DNA of 43,066 bases from contig NW_027191457.1 of NCBI RefSeq assembly GCF_011745625.1, positions 1,116,001 through 1,159,066 of the forward strand, written 5' to 3'. The notes beneath the pieces were generated by a model. That model worked only from the letters and a program-made list of their open reading frames with translations, searched no databases and was not told the origin of the DNA. A program made the position numbers and the translations under genes. Source of the DNA: Cladosporium halotolerans (Eukaryota). Shown in pieces: positions 35,303 through 43,066 of the stretch (positions are counted from its first letter, which is position 1; each line of letters starts with the position of its first letter).

Positions 35303-36483
35303 ATGCCTCGCCGTCTCCCTGAAGAAGACATGGCGCAGATCCATCGCAAGATCTTCACTCTCAACAAGACTGCCGTCGAAATCGGTGAAGAGCACAACTG
35401 CACCGCCAGCGCTGTGCGTAAATGGCGCCAGAACTGGATCGCCTATGGCACCCATCGAAAGCCTGGCCGAGTGACCCTCAAGAAACGCGGTCGCCCTCGA
35501 AAACTCGCCGAAGAGCAAGAAGCTGAGATTGTCGCCTATCGCGCTGAGCACCCGGACATGTACTTCAAAGATGTCGCGTCCTTTTTCTCTGAGAAATTCG
35601 GGACAGAGCTCTCCGGCAGCGCCATCTTCTCCACGTTGGGCCGCCGCGGTGTGCTACAGAACAAGAAGACCGCGCGGCCGCGGCATAAGGATTTCATCCG
35701 GTATCTCGAAGAGCCTGACTTTCTCTCTCCTCGCCTGCGATTCGACTTGTCCCTTCTCCCGGACGTTCTGTGCCGGCGAGTGTTGCAATTGCAACGCGAT
35801 GACGGCACTGCCGTGCTTTCTCTAGCGCGGCTAGGTGCCGCTGAGGCAGTGGGCCACGGCACTGATCTACGGCAGGCGCGCAGGCTCCTCAAAGCACCTA
35901 GCACCGAGAACGTGCGATTCACGGAGAAAGTCGGCGTCTACGGCGGGAATGAGATGCTGGGGCCGGACGGGTTCGATGTCGTGTACATGGCGATTGGCAC
36001 GCTAGGCCGCGAGAAGGATCTGCTTCTCTGGGCGAAGACAGTGGCTAAACTTTTGAGGCCCGGTGGGAGTCTATTCCTGAGAGAGAAGCATCCTATTGTG
36101 GATGCTGTTGACGAGAATCATAGAAATCGGGTGATGATTACAAAGCCTTACTTTCGGAATCTGGGCCGAATCGCGGCTGTGAGCGCCGAAGATAATTCAT
36201 TCACGGAGACCGAGGCTTGCCCGGAGAGGCAGTATAGTGTTGGTGAGATCATCGGGGCCGTCGCTGCAGCAGGATTGATGATCACGAGTCTATCCGAGCA
36301 TAACAGTGTGCCTTGGGAATTTTGAAAAGAGCAGATGGCCGAGGTAGAAAACGGTACGTGTCTTTCCGGCGTGTGAGGCCTCTCGGAGCAAGTGACTGAC
36401 GGACAGATGCAGAAGAATGGGTGTTCAAACATGGGCGTAACCGGCTGCCACTGTCCTATACTTTGCACGCCATGAAAGTGTAG
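35303..36483 (+). CDS. chimeric gene: Tc1/IS630-type transposase HTH DNA-binding region fused to a degenerate class I SAM-methyltransferase-like domain; in-frame TGA at 36323
   Basis: About aa 1-120: bipartite HTH with KRGRPRKL linker and HPDMYF. About aa 135-340: DFLSPRLRFD...LSLARLGA...FDVVY...WAKTVAKLLRPGGSLFLREKHP...EHNSVPWE. The frame continues past the TGA via an intron (36354 to 36406 or 36412) to EWVFKHGRNRLPLSYTLHAMKV. Confidence 0.72.
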
Positions 36484-37981
36484 CCGCTGTCCCTTCACGA
36501 GAACACTCGCTTCACCGGGCTGAATGTATGACGCCTACAGCCCTGAAGTACGGAACGGGACTCATCGAAAGCAAGGACCACAAACCGAAATTGCTGCTCT
36601 TCATCTGATGCGATTCGTGCCATCGCAGGCAGAGCAGCTGGATTTCTCACTCGGTTTGCACGCGTCCTATCACTGGTGTCGTGCTGAAACCGGGAGTGCG
36701 CTTTCTCTTTACTTCACAAAAGCTGCTCGACATGGCCTACGAAGCTCAGCACGTGGATGAAAGTCTGCGGCAAGTCCTTCTGCAATGCTAGGTTTACTCA
36801 GGCGGCAGCTGCAAGTACCCTCAGCCGCCAAGCGCTAAACGAGAGGCTACTGATCCTTCATCCTTCGCTCAAATCAAGTGGTCATTAGTCGTCCTCTTGT
36901 CTATACGATGCTGCCGTTTGCTGCCCTCGCCGTCTTGTGTTGAGCAACAGCAACGGATGCCATTCGCTGATGAATAACCCCAAACCGCATCATCTCCTTG
37001 GGATTTGGCGCACTTGTCGCGTGTCGGTAGCCCGGTCAAATCGCGGAGCGTTATGCTCCTGCTAGCGGCATCTTGAGTGCTGCTGGATTTCTCCCAGAAA
37101 AGGAGACCATGATTGGAAGGTTGGCACGAAATCTTCTGGCGCAAGTACCGACGATGACATTGGCGGTGTGCAATTCCGCACGGAGACAGCTGCGAATAAG
37201 GATCTTCGCCATGCGACCGTATATTCCTTGCACGCTTTACTGCTACCGCCACACCTTTGCCACGGAGTGCCCTATCTGAAAAGGACAAGCAGAGCACAGG
37301 ACAGCTCCTGAAACCTCCGGAGTGACAGCTCAGCCGCCATAAGGTCCGGGCAGAGTGTAGTGGGGGCGTGCCGCCTCCACCTTGATTGCACACATGAGTC
37401 GCGGAGGCTTCAGCGGAGCCGGCGAGCTGACACTTCCGAGGACTTCGCGACACCCAGATTTGTTCAGGAAGCCATGAACCGTTCGATGTTTGTCGGAAGC
37501 GTACAGTGACTGCCAAGGCAGCATGAGACCTGCTAATATCAGTTCAGCTTCTACCTGAATATGTTTATTGCTGCATCGCCTTGTCTCTTGCTTCAATGTC
37601 CCCGATAGGTTCCATTTGGGCCACGAATTTTTGCACACGCCAAACGGTGTCTGACATTATTCATCTCCCTATCACACATTGCGCCATGAACGATTAGCAG
37701 CAAGGGCTTAGCGCGGTATCTCGGTCGTCCTTGCAATAGACGTCAAGCGACCACACTGCCTAAAAATACCGCTTTTGAAATACGAGCCTAGCCCTGGGTG
37801 TGGGTCTACAATGTAGATCAGTGCTTTGGATCGTGCTTTCCTGAGGATACTACAAATATCACCACTGTTACAACCCTGATCTCATTGCACAACACAATTT
37901 TCAGACAGCACCCTTCGAGCTCTTTTCCCAGTTTCCGACCAACAAGAAAGCAAACACACTGAACACGAAAACGAATTCAAG

Positions 37982-38434
37982 ATGCGCCAATTCCTGTACT
38001 CTATCATTGCCGTGGCAGGCCTCACATCTGCCAACCCTGTGCAGAACGACTTTGCTTGCAACCCGGCTCACTCTTACCCCAACGGAGCCTCCTGTATCTC
38101 TACCGCCGGTGCCTTGAGCCTGGTGACACCGACACCCTCCGCAACCTTTGCTTGCAACCCTGCGCACTCTTACCCGAACGGCGCTCAGTGCGTCTCTACC
38201 GACGGAGCACTCACCCTCGTCACTCCCGCGGCCTCCACCACTTTCGCTTGCAATCCGGCACACTCCTACCCCAACGGCGCTCGGTGCGTTTCTACCGCTG
38301 GCTCGCTCACGCTCATTACGCCGAGTGCTTCGGCCACTTTCGCCTGCAACCCTGCTCACTCCTACCCGAACGGCGCTCAGTGCGTCTCGACTGCTGGCTC
38401 GCTTGCACTCGTCACTCCCAAGCCTACCAACTGA
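37982..38434 (+). CDS. small secreted cysteine-containing tandem-repeat protein (150 aa)
   Basis: Signal peptide MRQFLYSIIAVAGLTSA followed by four 32-aa repeats FACNPAHSYPNGAxCxSTxGxLxLxTP. Confidence 0.88.
   Translation: MRQFLYSIIAVAGLTSANPVQNDFACNPAHSYPNGASCISTAGALSLVTPTPSATFACNPAHSYPNGAQCVSTDGALTLVTPAASTTFACNPAHSYPNGARCVSTAGSLTLITPSASATFACNPAHSYPNGAQCVSTAGSLALVTPKPTN
38051..38431 (+). repeat. coding tandem repeat, 4 x 96 bp (last unit slightly short)
   Basis: Units start at 38051, 38147, 38243 and 38339. Many differences fall at synonymous positions. Confidence 0.9.
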
Positions 38435-38948
38435 GTAGAGGTTGACTATATCGCTCGATTGTATAGCCGTTGAACATTTTGTTTGCCAGCTTTATGCTAT
38501 CGAGCAACCGTTTGCAACATGAGATAACCTTTAAGGGGCAATACGTTAGTCCTTTAGCTTCTGACTTTCCATAGATTGCTGGAGGTCTCGATGGGCATTG
38601 GCTACCTCGTGTCTGAATCGACCGGTTCGCAATGCTCCTGACTGCTGCAGACGTGCGAAAGCCTGGTACCTTAGTCAATGACTGAACTCTGGTGTCTTAC
38701 CCGAAGCAGCTAACTCAGCTGGAATAGAAAATTTTAAAGCTCCACTCATCCGCGAAAGCAGCTAAGCGAAGATGACTTAGCCAGATGTCTCCCTGAAATG
38801 TGGCACGCAGAAGCCTATGATGAGCTCAAAGATGCTCAATGGAACGACTCATAGCAAGTAAAGATCACTTGGAAGACCGCAGTATCAACGTCCCCTAGTC
38901 GCTTGGTGAGATACCTATACCGCAGCTATGGACATTGGCCAAACCATC

Positions 38949-39386
38949 TCAAGCGTAGAGTATGCTAGACGCAAGCAAACAGCAGAGAAGCACGGAAACT
39001 GCTGTTTTCGGCGCGCTATGGACAGAAGCAATACTACTGTCATCTTCATTCCCTTCATGCGAAAGGCTGCACCCGAGACCATGAATCACACTCGAGCTAT
39101 TGGTCCCGTCTTTGAGGCATTCGCTGAACTCGCGCGTATCAGCTGCGTCAATGTCGCACCACTCGTAGCAGCTTCCTTGGGTGTAGATTGTTCCATTGCC
39201 GAGCTGCGAGCAACAAGTTTGCATGCGAGGGTGCCTGCAACGTTCTCGGTATCTGATCCGTGCATTTCATGCCATAAGTTCAGGCTCCACGCACCCGTTG
39301 GCCTTGATGCACCATCCACCAGCGGCGCCGATAGCGTTTGGTACAGCGGTACTGCTGCAATTGTGCGTTGCCAGGTCGTCCGACAT
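38949..39386 (-). CDS. small Cys-rich protein with a hydrophobic C-terminal tail (tail-anchor or GPI-signal-like)
   Basis: MSDDLATHNCSS...GGWCIKANG joined by a GTGCGT...CAG intron (two in-frame acceptors) to HPRMQTCCSQLG...CYEWCD...FSECL...GLGC...TAVSVLLCCLLASSILYA. Confidence 0.55.
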
Positions 39387-40760
39387 GACGAAGGCAGACT
39401 CTTGGTTGATCAGTGCAAGATTAGTGAAGGCTTGGATTCGTGACGGTAGAAACTTTGCGACCTGGAAACTCGTAGGGTCTTGAAGAAGGCCGGGCAACAG
39501 TGTTCGTAGGTAGAAGATTAGGGAAGCCTGAATCATCATCTTGGCATTGTTGCAGGCTGCCTGTTGCTAGGAAATGCTAGGAAGTCGTGGCGGCCCAACG
39601 CGTAGGAAGATGATCCATCGACTTTGGCGTCTCTTCGGGTGCTCCGAATCGACGTAGAACGCAGCATTAGGTGGTAGCTGCGCAGTTTTGAACGGCAGAC
39701 AACATCGGTCAGGGCTCGGAAAGGGGCGGAACGGAGTGGACATGACCTTGGCATAAGGCGTGAGCGGAGCGCGGGGCGGAGCGCGAAAAGGCCAGACCTG
39801 GGAGCCGTTTCACACCCATGCGGTCTCTAGTCATGCTCCAACACCTCTAAACTCGTAGCTCCGTACGTATGGGAAGTCGATTGCCCGCCGATCCGGAGCG
39901 GGCTGCAATGGTGCCGTGACTGCCAAGCCGACTTGCGGCAACGCTGGAGAATCCTTCAGCCCACCGCTCCGACTTGCGTCTCCACATCGGAATCCCTACT
40001 ACTGGCATCGACCTGCAAGCGACATCGTCATCGCGCGAAATCGACCCGGTCATGGTTATGGTCCACGTCCATGATCTGAATGTTGCGCGGCCCCGCAGCG
40101 GACCAGGCACGTCGTCGGAAATGGCATGTGAGGCCTGGCTCACTCAGGCTTTACGCATCTACTGGCCTGAATTTTGTGAACGGTGACTGAGCCAGGATGG
40201 AGCTTTTCATGATGATCCTAGCCTTTGAGGGATATATGAACATCTACCGAAAAAACAACATCCTCCTGAAGCCTAAGTCTTTCCGAGCTCATTGCTACAA
40301 GCATCTACCGGGAACGAGCATGCATGAATCTCTTCAAATGTGAGCGCTCATATAGGATGTCTCCACTGTCATGAATGCCAATAAGGAGCCGCAACAGGCG
40401 GCCGAGATTCGAAGTCCATTTTCACGCGCTAGGACCGAGGCTACATCCTTCAGAGTCGCTTGCTATCAACCACTGTGTCAGTCATGGCGTAGGAATGTCA
40501 GTGATGACGATTGTTTTCCCCGTGTCTCCGAATACTCCTCGGGAAGCCTCCTGTCAGGGCGCATGGTAACTATAAGGCCATGCCATCACGCTCATCAGCA
40601 TTCTTCTTTTTGTTCACACCATTCTTGAGGAGACATCACAGCATACAAACGTTCGTTTCCCAGCTTGACGAGTCAATAAATTCGGAAAACAAAGATGTTC
40701 ACTTTCGTGAGTACTTGAAAAAGGCTCGCGTTATCGTGTCCTCAGCTAAAAGCAATTCAG

Positions 40761-41753
40761 AGGCTCAGATCCTTCACGAGTCTTCTGATTCTCGTGCGCT
40801 TCGCTTCAGGGCAGGATGTAGCTCTCCCAGCAGAAGGCAATGTTCTCGCATGCACAGAAAATGGTTGCACAGGCTCTTCTTGCGGACCAGAGTTCGAACT
40901 CGGCAGTGGCTATCCGGAATGCATCATCTACCAGTCCAATGAGGTCTTTGGCGGTTACGATTTCGCAGCTGAGAAAGACGAGTATGATGTCTGGTGGAAC
41001 AGCAACGAGATGGACGAGGGATTTCGTTTGATCGTCCGCACTCCTGCGACAGTGGAAGTGCAGAACTGTGGTTACTATCTAACCGGATGGCACAACAAGG
41101 GTTGTTGCAAAACTCACATCCGCAATTCATTCATGCTCCACTTCTGTTGCGGTAATGGCGATTGCGACGATGCTGAGCCTGCGACTACCATGGCTCAGGC
41201 CAGAGTTGCAGCATTGCAAGGCGGCACGTCTGCCACCAGTCTTGGCACTTTTACTACGCTGAACGGCACCGGCAAGCGTGACCTTGCCGACGGCGTGTCG
41301 ATGGAGTGGGCACCGCGCCAACCCTCTTCCTTGAGTCAACTAGCGAAGCGCGAAGCAAAGCACTTGAGCAATCTTGCTGAGAACAACATCGCGCGCGAGC
41401 GGACCGCGGCTATGTCTGCGGCACCCTCAAAAAAGGACTGGATGACAAAACGATCCTGCTCATATTATACGGAAAATGATCAATTCACAGAGCGCGGAGT
41501 GCAAAGAAGAGTTTCTCAGAATGTATAGTGTGCCGAAGACGACAGCTGCACCACTACTATTCAGACCTCAGTCACAGAGGGCAGCGCGATCAGCGCACGT
41601 GCTAATGGGGACCTCTTCGAGGTAATCTGCCTCTCGACCGACATCGAATTTTCCAAAGAAACAACCCGCTCTATTGCGTACTTGTTTGAGTACAGTGGCG
41701 ATGGATATGTTACGTGGTCTCCTACGTACGATCTTCCACCGCCTGATGTTTGA
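40761..41753 (+). pseudogene. pseudogene of a secreted Cys-rich protein with a Ser/Thr-rich beta-strand C-terminal domain
   Basis: Signal-peptide-like RLRSFTSLLILVRFASG has no ATG. Cys-rich domain ending FCCGNGDC; KR dibasic sites; in-frame TAG at 41526-41528 followed by about 74 more protein-like codons. Confidence 0.65.
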
Positions 41754-42617
41754 AAGACGCTGACATCTTTCGAAGGCCCCTTCGATGGCGACACTTTTGA
41801 TAGCATTCTTGGAGAGTATCGCTTCGTGATCCCCGGCTCTGGCTAGATTGTGCTATCACAACGAACTTTCCGAATGAGCGATTCGGAAGACAAAGGACGA
41901 ATGGTGGTAACTGCTCCCTGCGAACGCTGCTCTGTACATTTTTGAACAACCTGAGTACGTCGATGGCTTAGGCCTGGCAACCGGCGTCGGATCTGAGAGC
42001 CAAACTACCTATCAATGGTATACAGAGTTCTCAACCCCAGCTGCTTAGAGGTTGAGAATGCTTAGGGCTGTGTGTTGACGCACCGTTGATCTCAATGTCA
42101 AGATGGTTGGGTCGAGGATAGCAAAGTCAGTCGATAGGGCGTGGCATGGCATTTGCAAACTTATGTGAGTACGTTTCAGAGATGCGATGCCGAAATGGCA
42201 GCCGGGTCAAGGTTTCTGGACTCGATTGAGATCATTGGCGGCACCCCCGCCCCCAATGACACATTTCTTATCTATGCTCAAGGAATGCAGTCGTTCCCAT
42301 ATCCGCGTTATGGCAGATTCTCGGGCAATTGCTGTTGTGCGCTTCCAATCGTGAAGTGGCGCTCGAAGCCAAGGAGGCTTTAGAACCCCCCAAGGCCCTA
42401 AGCTCGCGCCAAGATCGCCACATCAATTGTCCGGGGCTGTTCGTCGCATGGCCCTGCTTGTTCTGGTCGGATTTAGATAAGCAATGTTGCTTCTCCCCCA
42501 GCTGCGTCCGACAGCGAGGTACCTCATCCGAGTATGGAGAGGATATATCATCTGGGGGAAAGGTTGCGAAAACGGGGGCGCTTTTGATTTTTCGCATCTA
42601 GTATCTACACCACCAAC

Positions 42618-42968
42618 ATGGCCAACCAGGAAGATTTCAAACACAACGAGATTGTCACAGACACTCCTCAGGTCGAAACTGGCAATGTCGCAAGTGTCTC
42701 CGCGGTGAAGAGAAAGTTGTCCGCCCGTCATGTGCAACTCATGGCAGTCGCCGGAGCAATCGGGATTGGGTTGTTCGTTGGAATTGGAGGCGTGCTCGCA
42801 AAAGCTGGACCCATTGCTTTGACGCTTGGCTACATGTTCTATGGACTGTGCTTCATCTGGCCCCTTACTTTGCATGTTGGAGAGATGTGCGCCTGGCTTC
42901 CGATTCGCGGCTCACTTTTTGGACTGGCGACCAGACTGGTCGACCCGGCTCTTGGATTTGCCATGGGC
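42618..42968 (+). pseudogene. 5' part of an APC/YAT-family amino-acid permease, interrupted after FAMG
   Basis: KRKLSARHVQLMAVAGAIGIGLFVGIG...GEMCAWLPIRGS...VDPALGFAMG. Homology then stops abruptly with no GT donor at the junction. Confidence 0.75.
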
Positions 42969-43066
42969 ATAGATCTTGAATCTTGATTTTCTCAATCAGA
43001 TAATCAATCAGGTAATCAATCAATCAGGTCCCTGATTGAGCTCGGACCTGAATAATCAGATTCAGT
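42968..43066. mobile_element. probable end of an inserted element (AATCA-rich subterminal repeats), running off the window
   Basis: Abrupt switch to AT-rich sequence with repeated AATCA(G)/TGATT motifs in both orientations, directly at the permease breakpoint. Confidence 0.5.

Noticed and set aside
36500..37900. ORFs of 60-215 aa between the chimera and the repeat-protein gene
   Set aside because: No recognisable motifs, codon bias or splice structure; left unannotated.
38051..38431. 96-bp periodic repeat as a CRISPR-like array
   Set aside because: Eukaryotic context, whole units are homologous with no unique spacers, and it is an in-frame coding repeat.

Overview
Gene-dense, intron-containing DNA from a filamentous ascomycete. 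The short GT-AG introns and gene content suggest Pezizomycotina, possibly Dothideomycetes (inference). From 1 to about 34.8 kb it is mostly conserved genes: a secreted flavin amine/L-amino-acid oxidase carrying a 1-nt frameshift, ISY1, a DUF2439 protein, NC2-alpha/BUR6, a GT25 glycosyltransferase, a pinin-domain protein, the DUR3 urea transporter, an FN3-like secreted protein with a 5-nt micro-exon, a Zn2Cys6 factor, an ABCG half-transporter, an epoxide hydrolase, eIF5 with two poor-context uORFs, THI6, SRP72, a TMEM184/OST-alpha protein and an intron-containing tRNA-Gly(GCC). Beyond the tRNA the sequence looks accessory and decaying: a chimeric transposase-HTH/methyltransferase gene with an in-frame stop, small Cys-rich proteins, a secreted-protein pseudogene and an interrupted amino-acid permease. 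The two most intriguing signals are an unassigned ~280-nt highly structured, pseudoknot-capable RNA candidate at about 29370-29651 (minus strand) and the HTH-methyltransferase fusion. All calls come from reading motifs by eye; no database searches or folding programs were run.
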